Of a stretch of DNA of 32,000 bases, positions 1-8,656 are shown one piece after another. Below the pieces are notes generated by a model. The model ran no database searches, was not told where the DNA came from, and saw nothing but the letters and a program-made list of their open reading frames with translations. This stretch comes from Synechococcus sp. A15-28 (GTDB lineage: Bacteria; Cyanobacteriota; Cyanobacteriia; PCC-6307; Cyanobiaceae): positions 930,001 to 962,000 of the forward strand of contig NZ_CP047931.1 of the NCBI RefSeq assembly GCF_014280175.1, in the 5' to 3' direction. The position numbers were made by a program, and so were the translations under genes. Numbering within the stretch: position 1 is the stretch's first letter; each line of letters opens with the position of its first letter.

Positions 1-2287
1 CACCGACTTCTGCATTGAACGCCGTGGTGAAGTGATCGACTACGTCACCGAACGCTACGGCGACGACAAGGTGGCGCAGATCATCACGTTCAACCGGATG
101 ACGTCCAAAGCAGTGCTGAAGGATGTGGCCCGGGTGCTGGATATTCCCTATGGCGATGCCGACCGTCTGGCGAAGTTGATCCCGGTTGTCCGCGGAAAAC
201 CCGCCAAGTTGAAGGCCATGATCGGCGAGGAGTCACCAACGCCGGAATTCCGAGAAAAATATGAATCCGATCCGGTGGTCAAGCGCTGGGTGGATATGGC
301 GATGCGAATCGAGGGGACCAACAAAACCTTCGGTGTGCATGCCGCCGGTGTTGTGATCGCTGCTGATCCGTTGGATGAATTGGTGCCATTGCAGCGCAAC
401 AACGATGGTCAGGTGATCACGCAGTACTTCATGGAAGATGTGGAATCCATGGGGTTGCTGAAGATGGATTTCCTGGGGTTGAAGAACCTCACGATGATTG
501 AGAAAACCCTGGAGTTGGTGGAAGTCAGCAGCGGCAACCGCATTGATCCCGATAAACTTCCTCCGGAAGATGAGGAAACGTTTTCTCTGCTTGCTCGGGG
601 TGATCTCGAAGGGATTTTCCAGCTGGAGTCGAGCGGTATGCGCCAGATTGTTCGTGACCTCAAGCCGTCATCCCTGGAAGATATTTCATCAATTCTTGCC
701 CTGTACAGACCCGGCCCTCTTGATGCAGGTTTGATCCCAAAATTCATCAATCGTAAACATGGCCGCGAAGCGATTGACTTCGCTCACGCGATTCTGGAAC
801 CGATTCTGAGTGAAACTTACGGAATCATGGTTTACCAGGAACAGATCATGCGCATCGCGCAGGATCTTGCGGGATATTCACTGGGGCAGGCGGATCTGTT
901 GCGCCGGGCTATGGGTAAGAAGAAGGTGTCGGAAATGCAGAAGCACCGTGGCATCTTCGTGAAGGGTGCATCAGAGCGCGGTGTTGATGACAAGGTTGCC
1001 GACGAATTGTTTGATCAGATGGTGCTCTTTGCTGAGTACTGCTTCAACAAGAGTCATTCCACGGCCTATGGCGCCGTGACCTACCAAACCGCATACCTCA
1101 AGGCGCATTATCCTGTGGCCTACATGGCTGCTTTGCTCACGGTCAATGCCGGTGCGGCCGACAAGGTGCAGCGCTACATCGCGAATTGCAATGCCATGGG
1201 CATCGAAGTCATGCCCCCTGATGTCAATGCCTCCCTGACGGATTTCACCCCCAACGGCGATCGCATTCTGTTTGGTCTGTCCGCCGTTCGAAATCTCGGC
1301 GATGGTGCCATTCGTCAGTTGATTCGTTCACGGAACAGCGATGGTCCCTTCCGATCGCTTCCTGATCTCTGCGATCGGGTCCCTTCGTCGGTGCTCAACC
1401 GCCGCGGGCTGGAGTCTCTGATCCATTGCGGCGCTTTGGATTCCATGGAGCCTTCCGCCAACCGGGCTCAATTGATGGCTGATCTCGATCTTCTCCTCGA
1501 CTGGGCCTCGTCAAGGGCCAAGGATCGAGATAGCGGTCAGGGCAATCTGTTCGACCTGATGGCAGCTCCGGACGATTCGGATGGTGCCTCTGATCTCAGC
1601 CTCGCCCCGAAGGCTGCTCCCGTGGCTGATTACGGTCCCGCAGAGAAGCTGAAGCTGGAAAAGGAGTTGCTCGGCTTCTACCTTTCGGACCATCCGCTGA
1701 AGCAGCTCACACCCAGTGCCCGCCTCCTTGCACCCATTGGCTTAGGAGCCCTTGAGGAGCAACCGGACAAGACCAAGGTCAGTGCAGTCACGATGATCAC
1801 CGAGTTGCGTCAGGTCACCACCCGCAAAGGGGATCGGATGGCGATTCTTCAGCTGGAAGACCTTTCCGGCAGCTGCGAAGCAGTGGTTTTTCCCAAGAGT
1901 TATGCCCGACTGGCGGACCATCTGATGACCGAAGCCCGTCTGTTGGTGTGGGCCGGCGTGGATCGACGGGACGATCGCGTTCAGTTGATCATTGACGACT
2001 GCCGGGCCATTGATAATTTAACCGTGCTTCTGGTGGAGCTTTCCTCTCAGCAAGCCAGTGACATCGCCATTCAGCACAAGTTGAGGGAATGTCTGAACCA
2101 ATACCGACCGGACCGGGAGGAGCTGGGCGTCAAGGTGCCCGTTATTGCAGCGGTCCGCGATAGTCAATCAGTTCGCTACGTCCGGCTGGGTTCTCAGTTC
2201 TGCGTCAAAGATGCTGATGCAGCTCTGCAAGCGTTATCAGCCCAGGCCTTCAATGCCCGGAGTTCGGAGCCAATGGTGCTCGGTTGA
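1..2287 (+). CDS. dnaE: DNA polymerase III alpha subunit, C-terminal ~750 aa (5' end lies upstream of the window)
   Basis: Reading frame is open to the window start. Pol III alpha motifs present: 'GLLKMDFLGLKNL', 'LYRPGPLD', 'FAEYCFNKSHSTAYG', plus an OB-fold-like C-terminal part. Confidence 0.95.
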   Translation, partial: TDFCIERRGEVIDYVTERYGDDKVAQIITFNRMTSKAVLKDVARVLDIPYGDADRLAKLIPVVRGKPAKLKAMIGEESPTPEFREKYESDPVVKRWVDMAMRIEGTNKTFGVHAAGVVIAADPLDELVPLQRNNDGQVITQYFMEDVESMGLLKMDFLGLKNLTMIEKTLELVEVSSGNRIDPDKLPPEDEETFSLLARGDLEGIFQLESSGMRQIVRDLKPSSLEDISSILALYRPGPLDAGLIPKFINRKHGREAIDFAHAILEPILSETYGIMVYQEQIMRIAQDLAGYSLGQADLLRRAMGKKKVSEMQKHRGIFVKGASERGVDDKVADELFDQMVLFAEYCFNKSHSTAYGAVTYQTAYLKAHYPVAYMAALLTVNAGAADKVQRYIANCNAMGIEVMPPDVNASLTDFTPNGDRILFGLSAVRNLGDGAIRQLIRSRNSDGPFRSLPDLCDRVPSSVLNRRGLESLIHCGALDSMEPSANRAQLMADLDLLLDWASSRAKDRDSGQGNLFDLMAAPDDSDGASDLSLAPKAAPVADYGPAEKLKLEKELLGFYLSDHPLKQLTPSARLLAPIGLGALEEQPDKTKVSAVTMITELRQVTTRKGDRMAILQLEDLSGSCEAVVFPKSYARLADHLMTEARLLVWAGVDRRDDRVQLIIDDCRAIDNLTVLLVELSSQQASDIAIQHKLRECLNQYRPDREELGVKVPVIAAVRDSQSVRYVRLGSQFCVKDADAALQALSAQAFNARSSEPMVLG

Positions 2288-2288
2288 T

Positions 2289-2705
2289 TCAGTCGGTCTT
2301 GCTTTGCTGCTTCTGAGCTTTGATCGACTGGCGCATCCTTTGAACGTTGGGTGTCAGATTCTCCAGACCCAGCAATGAACCGGGCTGTGGATCCCAGCTT
2401 GAACTCAGCACTCCGAAGCTGAGACCCACGAGCCCGAGCAGGAAGAAAAAACCGGACCCTGCGAGCGTAAGACCCGGTGCGATGTCTGCAACTCCCTTGG
2501 TGATCAGCAGATAGCTCCCGACAAACACACCCATGCCTGCGACGGTCGGTAAACCGGTGAAGACGGCCACGCGCCGGGCCATCCGGTCAGCGACATATCG
2601 CGGAATGGCTTCCTGACGGATGGCTGGATCACTAGCTCCGCTACTGGACCCCACTTTCCTGGCCCCCTTGGGTTCAAAGGGCAGTGACTGTCGGTCCTCA
2701 GGCAT
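2289..2705 (-). CDS. PAM68-like (DUF3464) thylakoid protein, putative PSII assembly factor
   Basis: 138-aa ORF. Polar N-terminus, then 'IPRYVADRMARRVAVFTGLPTVAGMGVFVGSYLL' and a second TM, which is the pattern I recall for cyanobacterial and plant PAM68 proteins. Its stop is 1 nt from the dnaE stop (convergent). Confidence 0.7.
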   Translation of the reverse strand: MPEDRQSLPFEPKGARKVGSSSGASDPAIRQEAIPRYVADRMARRVAVFTGLPTVAGMGVFVGSYLLITKGVADIAPGLTLAGSGFFFLLGLVGLSFGVLSSSWDPQPGSLLGLENLTPNVQRMRQSIKAQKQQSKTD

Positions 2706-2716
2706 GGTGCGCTTGC

Positions 2717-2986
2717 TTAGCCGCGGATGCCCAGTTTGGCGATGATTTCTGTGTACCGTTGTTCGTTCTTGTTGCGCATGTAGCTCAGCAGGCGCTTGCG
2801 GCGTCCAATCATCTTCAGCAGCCCCTGGCGTGAAGAGAAGTCGTGGATGTTGTTCTGAAGGTGGCTGCTGAGGCGGTTGATCCGCTCGCTCAGCATGGCG
2901 ACCTGGACCTCAGCGGAACCCGTGTCGGTGCCGTGGGTCTGGTGGGTGTTGATCAGCTGTTGCTTCTCGGTGGTATCAAGCGACAT
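2717..2986 (-). CDS. rpsO: 30S ribosomal protein S15
   Basis: 89 aa. '[21 protein letters not shown]...[23 protein letters not shown]' is typical S15. Confidence 0.95.
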   Translation of the reverse strand: MSLDTTEKQQLINTHQTHGTDTGSAEVQVAMLSERINRLSSHLQNNIHDFSSRQGLLKMIGRRKRLLSYMRNKNEQRYTEIIAKLGIRG

Positions 2987-3041
2987 GCGCGGGGTGCAGC
3001 CCTGTCAGTGCAAACAACTATTTTACCCGGTCAAGGGGCCC

Positions 3042-3647
3042 TCACTCCGACATCAGTTGGATACAGGCCCTCAGCCAGGCGTCGTCGTCTCCACCCGGTG
3101 GGCCTCCCCTGTCGTTGAGCCGTTTGAGAGCGGAGTGGATTTCTTCGGTTTCGTAGCCGAGGGTCTCCAATGTGGGGATCAGCTCCTGAGAAGCGGGATG
3201 GACCTCTGAGGGCTGACCATTCCCAAAGTCAACTCTGTCCTCCAGTTTTGAGCGCAGTTCGAGTGCCATGCGCTCCGCGGTGCGTTTTCCCACCCCCTGG
3301 GCACGACAAAGGGATTTGATGTCGGACTGGACTAATGCCCTCAGCAGCTCTTCCAGTTCGAGGGCATCAAGGAGGGCCAGTGCGGCCTGTGGTCCAACAC
3401 CGCTCACCCCGATGATGTCACGGAAGAGATCCCGCTCCGCGATGGATGCAAATCCGAAGAGTTGAAGGCTCTCAGCGCTCACCACTTGATGAACCCATCG
3501 CTCGTAATCCCTCTCAGTGATGAGGGCGCTCCAGTCCCGTTGAATCAGTTGCACTTCGTAGCCGATTCCCCCCGTGACAATTAGCGCAAAGCTGCGACTG
3601 CCTCGTTGAAAACGGTGCTTGATACTTCCCCGTAACCAGCCGATCAT
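3042..3647 (-). CDS. ruvA: Holliday junction branch migration complex subunit RuvA
   Basis: 201 aa. N-terminal 'MIGWLRG...GIGYEVQL' OB domain, HhH region 'GVSGVGPQAALALL ... CRAQGVGKRTAERMALEL', and a C-terminal domain III. Confidence 0.9.
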   Translation of the reverse strand: MIGWLRGSIKHRFQRGSRSFALIVTGGIGYEVQLIQRDWSALITERDYERWVHQVVSAESLQLFGFASIAERDLFRDIIGVSGVGPQAALALLDALELEELLRALVQSDIKSLCRAQGVGKRTAERMALELRSKLEDRVDFGNGQPSEVHPASQELIPTLETLGYETEEIHSALKRLNDRGGPPGGDDDAWLRACIQLMSE

Positions 3648-3717
3648 GGCTAACTGTCTATGGCTAAATCTTAAGGGTTGCCTCGCGAAGATGGGATTAA
3701 CAGTCTGTAGTCAATGC

Positions 3718-3745
3718 TTGACGTCTAATAAACCAGGACTATGAT
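3718..3745 (+). promoter_or_regulatory. Candidate sigma70-type promoter for the AT-rich operon (TTGACG-16 nt-TATGAT)
   Basis: TTGACG at 3718-3723 and TATGAT at 3740-3745, 20 nt upstream of the mrpC ATG. This would give a very short leader, so the call is tentative. Confidence 0.3.
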
Positions 3746-3765
3746 TCATACGAAAAAGAATCTTA

Positions 3766-4110
3766 ATGGTATTAACTCCTGAAAAATTAAGATTAATACC
3801 CATGGTGGTGCTGATTGTGATCGGCTGCTTTGGTCTGCTGACTTCGAAATCGATTCTGCGGTCGCTCTTTTCGCTTGATGTGATCGATACAGCAACAATT
3901 AGTATTTTTGTTCTAATTGCCGCGTCGGCCGGGTCTCAAACACCAATTGTTTCTGATTTTCGCTACAGCTCCTATTCGGATCCATACCCGCAAGCCATTA
4001 TTTTGACCGCAATTGTGATTGGTTTTGCTGCCCAAGCACTTTTGTGTTCGATTGCCCTTCGCCTAGGGCGTAGCTCGCCATTACTGCGATACAAAAATCT
4101 GGAGAAATGA
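3766..4110 (+). CDS. mrpC: Mrp/Mnh cation:proton antiporter subunit C (NuoK-like)
   Basis: 114 aa, 3 TM, NuoK/MnhC-like. 'SLFSLDVIDTA' and 'PYPQAIILTAIVIGFA'. ATGA overlap with the next gene. Confidence 0.8.
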   Translation: MVLTPEKLRLIPMVVLIVIGCFGLLTSKSILRSLFSLDVIDTATISIFVLIAASAGSQTPIVSDFRYSSYSDPYPQAIILTAIVIGFAAQALLCSIALRLGRSSPLLRYKNLEK

Positions 4111-5654
4111 TGGAATTAAGCATTCTTTTCCCGGCTTTAATTTTTTTGCCAGCAGCCCTAGGCTTTTTAGGTTGCATTTCTCCAAGGATAGTTTTTCCGA
4201 TAAGTATTGCAATGCTGCTTTCTTACGCAGCTCTCGCAGTAAATTCAATTAATTCTGATTTCTCTTACGCATTCACCCTGATCGGCGATGGTGGAATTCA
4301 GTTTTCAATTGACCAATACACCTTTCCCTTGGTATTTGGGAGTTCCGTCACACTCCTGATTTCTTTCGGCCTTTTCTACAAGAAATTTTCTCATTACTTT
4401 TACCAAGTCTGCTTAGTTCTTTTTACGGCTTTACTAATTTCATTTAGTACTGTTGATCTGGTCAGCATGTTTATTGCATTAGAGCTGGTTGGATTTGCAG
4501 CATTCCTGCTCATTGCTGATCGTAATGATAAAAAATCTTTGTTCAATTCTTTTCAGTATTTAATCGGTGGCGGATTGGCCATGCTGATTTATTTGGTTGG
4601 AGTTGTGCAGGCATTTACCTATACCGGCACCTTTCTTATTGCTGACCTTGTGCGTGCTCCTGAAACAGCACTTTGTTTGATTGTTGCAGGCCTACTCACA
4701 AAATCTGGTGTTTTTCTTTGCGGGCTTTGGGTTCCTAATATTTACTCCCATGCCAATTGCCAATCTTCAGCAATCCTGTCTGGATGTGTGACCTGTGCTG
4801 GAATAGCTCCAATTGCACGGATGAGTCAAACTCTCGCACCAATTGGAGATTCCATGGTGGTTATTGGTGTCATTAGTGCCGTGGTTGCTGCAATTTATGC
4901 AGTTTTTGAACGTGAGAGTGGTCGCGCTCTAGGCTGGAGTTCTGTATCACAACTCGGAATTGCAATTTTGTCACCGACCTATGCGTGTATTTATGCGATG
5001 CAGCATGGGATTTGCAAAGCCCTTCTATTTTCGACGTTACACACAAATTCAAGCAGTCAATTACCCCATAACTCTCACAGCGCACTTGGACATCACGGTC
5101 ATCAGTTGTCTACGAAGCATCCACCGATAGAGGAGTTTCTCCGGGTTTTAGTGTTTGTCATTGCCAGTTTATCAATTATGGGTTTTCCCTTCTTAACTGG
5201 CTTTGTCACAAAAAACTGGGTCAAAAGTGACTTACCATATGAAGCCAAAATTATTTACACTACTGCAGCATTATTAACATCGACAGTTTACGCACGTCTG
5301 ATTTACGATAGAACATCTCATTACATCAAAAATTATGGAACGAAATCAATAATTAATCTCCAACACATTAGTCGTAATGTTATTGATATTCTCTCTACGC
5401 CCAGACTTTGGATTTTGATATTCTCCTTTTCGCTTTTAATTGCTTATTCCTTTACTCAAACAGACATTTATTACGCTTCTTCGATAAGTTCTGCAATCAC
5501 TTCTGCAATTCTTGGTGGAATTCTTTTTGTCTCCGTGGTTGGAATCCAAGCTGATGAATTCGTCAAACCTGTTACGAGGACTTTGGATCTCGTGGGAGCG
5601 CCTTTTCTCGTCGCAGCTCTTTTGCTGGCCAATCTCCTGTATTTAAAAATCTGA
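4107..5654 (+). CDS. mrpD: Mrp/Mnh antiporter subunit D (NuoN/M-type antiporter-like subunit)
   Basis: 515 aa polytopic protein. 'LVSMFIALELVGFAAFLLIA', 'LTKSGVFLCGLWVPNIY', 'LGWSSVSQLGIAIL' and 'HGICKALLF' match proton-conducting antiporter-family hallmarks. Confidence 0.85.
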   Translation: MMELSILFPALIFLPAALGFLGCISPRIVFPISIAMLLSYAALAVNSINSDFSYAFTLIGDGGIQFSIDQYTFPLVFGSSVTLLISFGLFYKKFSHYFYQVCLVLFTALLISFSTVDLVSMFIALELVGFAAFLLIADRNDKKSLFNSFQYLIGGGLAMLIYLVGVVQAFTYTGTFLIADLVRAPETALCLIVAGLLTKSGVFLCGLWVPNIYSHANCQSSAILSGCVTCAGIAPIARMSQTLAPIGDSMVVIGVISAVVAAIYAVFERESGRALGWSSVSQLGIAILSPTYACIYAMQHGICKALLFSTLHTNSSSQLPHNSHSALGHHGHQLSTKHPPIEEFLRVLVFVIASLSIMGFPFLTGFVTKNWVKSDLPYEAKIIYTTAALLTSTVYARLIYDRTSHYIKNYGTKSIINLQHISRNVIDILSTPRLWILIFSFSLLIAYSFTQTDIYYASSISSAITSAILGGILFVSVVGIQADEFVKPVTRTLDLVGAPFLVAALLLANLLYLKI

Positions 5655-6088
5655 TGGCAAATTTTCTAAGACTGTGCCTTGTTTTGATTTTCCGGCTGAC
5701 GTGCTGGTGCCTTGTCACATCAAACCTCGACCCTAAAAACATTCTATTTGGCCTTCTTATATGCATTTTAATTCCATTTGGTGACTTCAGAAAGCTTCAG
5801 CTTAATGTCCTCATCCCAGAAATACTATTGACTTTGAGATTGCCAATCGATATGTTAAAGGAAAGCATTCAATTAATGTTCATCTCTGAACCTTGCGACT
5901 CATTTGTAGAGGAAAAGGTGAGCGATCGCGCTCGAAGAGGTTCCAAGTATGCCGAGTTTCTTGACTTGTTCCGTATAACATTTACTCCAATGTCATTGGT
6001 CACACGCCGTAAGGATGTGGACTCCTGGAGAGTGCATCTTGTCGTTAATTCTACTGAGGTCAACTCAGAAGGAGGTGATCAAGCATGA
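5654..6088 (+). CDS. mrpE: Mrp/Mnh antiporter subunit E
   Basis: 144 aa, two N-terminal TMs, and a C-terminal 'FRITFTPMSLV...WRVHLV' resembling the MnhE 'ITLTPGT...H' motif. Start overlaps the mrpD stop (TGATG). Confidence 0.7.
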   Translation: MANFLRLCLVLIFRLTCWCLVTSNLDPKNILFGLLICILIPFGDFRKLQLNVLIPEILLTLRLPIDMLKESIQLMFISEPCDSFVEEKVSDRARRGSKYAEFLDLFRITFTPMSLVTRRKDVDSWRVHLVVNSTEVNSEGGDQA

Positions 6089-6363
6089 CTACGATACAAG
6101 CCGTTCCAGTGAGCGTTGTTGAGTATGCAGTTATTTACGGCATGCTAGTTATAAGCATGGTTCCTGTCATTGCTATTTCACGCACAAGAGATACCCCTGA
6201 AAGAATCGCATATGCCTCTAGTTTCGGAAGTAAATTAGCTTTAATCATTATCACAGCGGGCATCTTTCGTGGTGATTGGATGATTGGTTGTATTGGAGCT
6301 TTCATTCTTATTGTTGGGGATGCAGGAATGTTGATTCTTTCCCTTTTGGAAATGAAAATTTAA
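6085..6363 (+). CDS. mrpF: Mrp/Mnh antiporter subunit F
   Basis: 92 aa, 3 TM, in the position and of the size expected for MrpF. GGAGG precedes the ATG, with an ATGA overlap onto mrpE. Confidence 0.6.
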   Translation: MTTIQAVPVSVVEYAVIYGMLVISMVPVIAISRTRDTPERIAYASSFGSKLALIIITAGIFRGDWMIGCIGAFILIVGDAGMLILSLLEMKI

Positions 6364-6364
6364 C

Positions 6365-6631
6365 ATGTTAGAAAATACTTCTACTTCTATTGTCTTTATT
6401 GGTCTTGTTTTCTGGCTCTGGGGAACTTTGCCTATTTTAAATCGACAACATTCAATCTTTTATAAATTACATACTCTTACTGTCGCTGACAGCGTTGGTT
6501 CACTTCTCATTATTTCCGCTTTATTGTTGAGGGCACCTCAATACTGGCCTCTGTTCCTGGTAACAGCTATTTCTCTTTCACTGTGGAATACTGTTCTCAG
6601 CTACATCCTTGGCAATACTTCTGATCGTTAA
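6365..6631 (+). CDS. mrpG: Mrp/Mnh antiporter subunit G
   Basis: 88 aa. 'GTLPILNRQHSIFYKLHTLTVADSVGSLLI' resembles the MnhG 'G..R.pD.y.RlHa....dt.G' motif. Confidence 0.7.
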   Translation: MLENTSTSIVFIGLVFWLWGTLPILNRQHSIFYKLHTLTVADSVGSLLIISALLLRAPQYWPLFLVTAISLSLWNTVLSYILGNTSDR

Positions 6632-6633
6632 TC

Positions 6634-7170
6634 ATGACTGAATACCTTCGAACGCTACTGCTCTTTCCATTTGAGCTTCTTCTTCCTGTTCTGGGACTGT
6701 TGCTGATTCAGTCCGAGTCGCCTATTAATAGTTTAATATATCGCTCATTTCTCGGAAGCATTGCCGCTCTTATTTATGCACTTATTGGTGCTCCAGATGT
6801 TGCTCTAACAGAGGTCATGGTTGGCACTCTCCTCTCATCATTGATTTATATTGTCACGATACGTTCCTGCTATACAGTCGTTATAATCGTTGACCGAAGT
6901 TCCCCTCCTGATACTGCGTTAAAAGACTCACTCAAATTAATTTTTGACGAACTCCATCTTAAAGTTGTTTATCAAGAGGAGGATATGACTGAATCAATGG
7001 AACACAACTTTCAGTTCCTCTCCTCATCAAAACTATCTGGCTCCCCACATACACTGATGTGTAGAACAACATTCTATGTTGAAGTTAAAACTTTGTTAGA
7101 CGATATTTGTCAAACTACTGCATACAAGCAAAATACTGCACTCTTTCAACTGAAGGAGGCGTTCTCATGA
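6634..7170 (+). CDS. MbhD/DUF4040-like membrane subunit (MrpA C-terminal-like) with an unusual ~85-aa soluble tail
   Basis: N-terminal 3-TM block 'YRSFLGSIAALIYALIGAPDVALTEVMVGTLLSSLIYIV' is like DUF4040/MbhD. The C-terminal half is hydrophilic. The NuoL-like MrpA N-terminal domain is absent. Confidence 0.6.
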   Translation: MTEYLRTLLLFPFELLLPVLGLLLIQSESPINSLIYRSFLGSIAALIYALIGAPDVALTEVMVGTLLSSLIYIVTIRSCYTVVIIVDRSSPPDTALKDSLKLIFDELHLKVVYQEEDMTESMEHNFQFLSSSKLSGSPHTLMCRTTFYVEVKTLLDDICQTTAYKQNTALFQLKEAFS

Positions 7171-7880
7171 CAATCCTATCCAATCTTCGTCGATTCAGGT
7201 TCACAACTGAAGTAGCAAAATCTGCTCTTTACCTTGCTGCTATTACAGCAGTGATGGCTATGATCCTATTTACGCGAGATGACTCCATAGCTCGCGATAC
7301 TGAACAGATTGTTCAATACTTATCTGACTATACGCAGATTCCTAACGTTGTAACTTCAGTCATTCTTGGGACAAGGCTCTTCGATACGATCGGTGAGGTC
7401 ACTGTATTTACGATTGCTGGTTTAGGTGTGAAGATACTTCTTCACGACGAAGACGCTGAAGAGCAGTTCGTGGGAATTGATGACCAAGTTATTCGTCTTT
7501 TGTTGGACTTTGCGGCACTTTTGAGCTGCTTCCTTGCCATCGATCTTGCCGTTAAAGGGCATTTGACGCCTGGTGGTGGATTTGCCTCTGGTGTTGCCGG
7601 TGCTACATCAATTACACTCCTTATGATTACAGGGCGCATTCAGACAGTGGAAGCCTTCTACTTCGGAGCCAACGCCCCTGCTGTTGAGAAAATAGCCGTT
7701 GTTCTATTCATTCTTGTCGCCTTATTTACCTTCAGTTCTTTCCTTGTATCTGATTCTGTGTTTGCATCAATACCTCCAACAATTTATATTCCAGCTCTTA
7801 ACATCATTGCTGCATTGAAGGTTACTATAGGTTCTTGGTCTATATTGCGTCTTTTCATTGTTAAGAGAGGGGTTCTCTAG
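7167..7880 (+). CDS. mrpB: Mrp/Mnh antiporter subunit B
   Basis: Start chosen at ATG 7167 (ATGA overlap with the upstream stop, GGAGG at 7154-7158) rather than the track start 7107. Motifs 'NVVTSVILGTRLFDTIGEVTVF' and 'GHLTPGGGFASGV' are MnhB hallmarks. Confidence 0.8.
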   Translation: MTILSNLRRFRFTTEVAKSALYLAAITAVMAMILFTRDDSIARDTEQIVQYLSDYTQIPNVVTSVILGTRLFDTIGEVTVFTIAGLGVKILLHDEDAEEQFVGIDDQVIRLLLDFAALLSCFLAIDLAVKGHLTPGGGFASGVAGATSITLLMITGRIQTVEAFYFGANAPAVEKIAVVLFILVALFTFSSFLVSDSVFASIPPTIYIPALNIIAALKVTIGSWSILRLFIVKRGVL

Positions 7881-8656
7881 TGATGGCCTATAGAGAGTCG
7901 GATGACTGGTACTTCGGTGATTACCTAGGCCGTATGCCTGGCCGTAGTTATTCACTATTTCTAAACTTTGTTATTATACTACTGTTTGCGCAAATTGCTT
8001 TAACAACTGAACCAACTGCTCACAGCAAGACTGGCGATATATTCCTTGATTTTGCCCTTGAGCTCATTGAGATTTTTTTTGTATGTGATTATATTGGTAA
8101 AATTGCAAACTCTTGGTCTAGATCTGATTACGGCCTGAAAAACCTTTTTGCCATACTATTTTCAAGGTTTGCTTTAATTGATTTTGCTCTTGTGTTTTTA
8201 CTATTGACAGACTTATTTGATAATGATTCTTTTGTAGTAATTTTTACATATGTTTTCAAGGCGCTTTTGTCAATGTACTTTTCTAGTTTTCAATCTGTCA
8301 TCAAGCGCGTCGGATTTATCGTTCTTGATTCACCTGCGTATACTTTTTTCCCGCTTGTCTTGCTCTCAATGGTGACCTATATAATGGCATTTTGTATTTA
8401 TTTGTTGGAGAGAACAAATGATGCTGAACACTTCGGTTCGATTGTACGAGCTTTTTGGTTCTCTATTGTCACGATGACAACTATTGGATATGGCGATGTT
8501 ACACCTACGACTTCGCTCGGAAAAATTCTTGCCATTGCATTCGGTATCATAGGGATTGTATGTGTGGCATTGTTGACGGCAAATATTCTTGAAGCAAATT
8601 CAAAATTTAATGAGCTCCAGTCTGATGCAAAATGCAAAGGTCTGACTCTGAATTAG
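7880..8656 (+). CDS. 6TM potassium channel (Ion_trans type) without cytoplasmic regulatory domain
   Basis: Canonical K+ selectivity filter 'TMTTIGYGD' between two C-terminal TMs, with about four TMs upstream. Start is GTG 7880 or ATG 7883, abutting the mrpB stop (TAGTGATG). Confidence 0.85.
   Translation: MMAYRESDDWYFGDYLGRMPGRSYSLFLNFVIILLFAQIALTTEPTAHSKTGDIFLDFALELIEIFFVCDYIGKIANSWSRSDYGLKNLFAILFSRFALIDFALVFLLLTDLFDNDSFVVIFTYVFKALLSMYFSSFQSVIKRVGFIVLDSPAYTFFPLVLLSMVTYIMAFCIYLLERTNDAEHFGSIVRAFWFSIVTMTTIGYGDVTPTTSLGKILAIAFGIIGIVCVALLTANILEANSKFNELQSDAKCKGLTLN

Noticed and set aside
3020-3034. TAAAAT and TTGACC hexamers (minus strand) upstream of rpsO, considered as a promoter
   Set aside because: The two hexamers are only 3 nt apart, so they cannot form a -35/-10 pair. 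A lone -10 is possible but not supportable from sequence alone.
3646-3667. 'atggctaa' repeated 14 nt apart at the ruvA start and island A boundary, considered as a possible att-like duplication
   Set aside because: It is only 8 nt, it is a local tandem rather than flanking the island, and I found no counterpart at the right boundary (11.8-12.2 kb).
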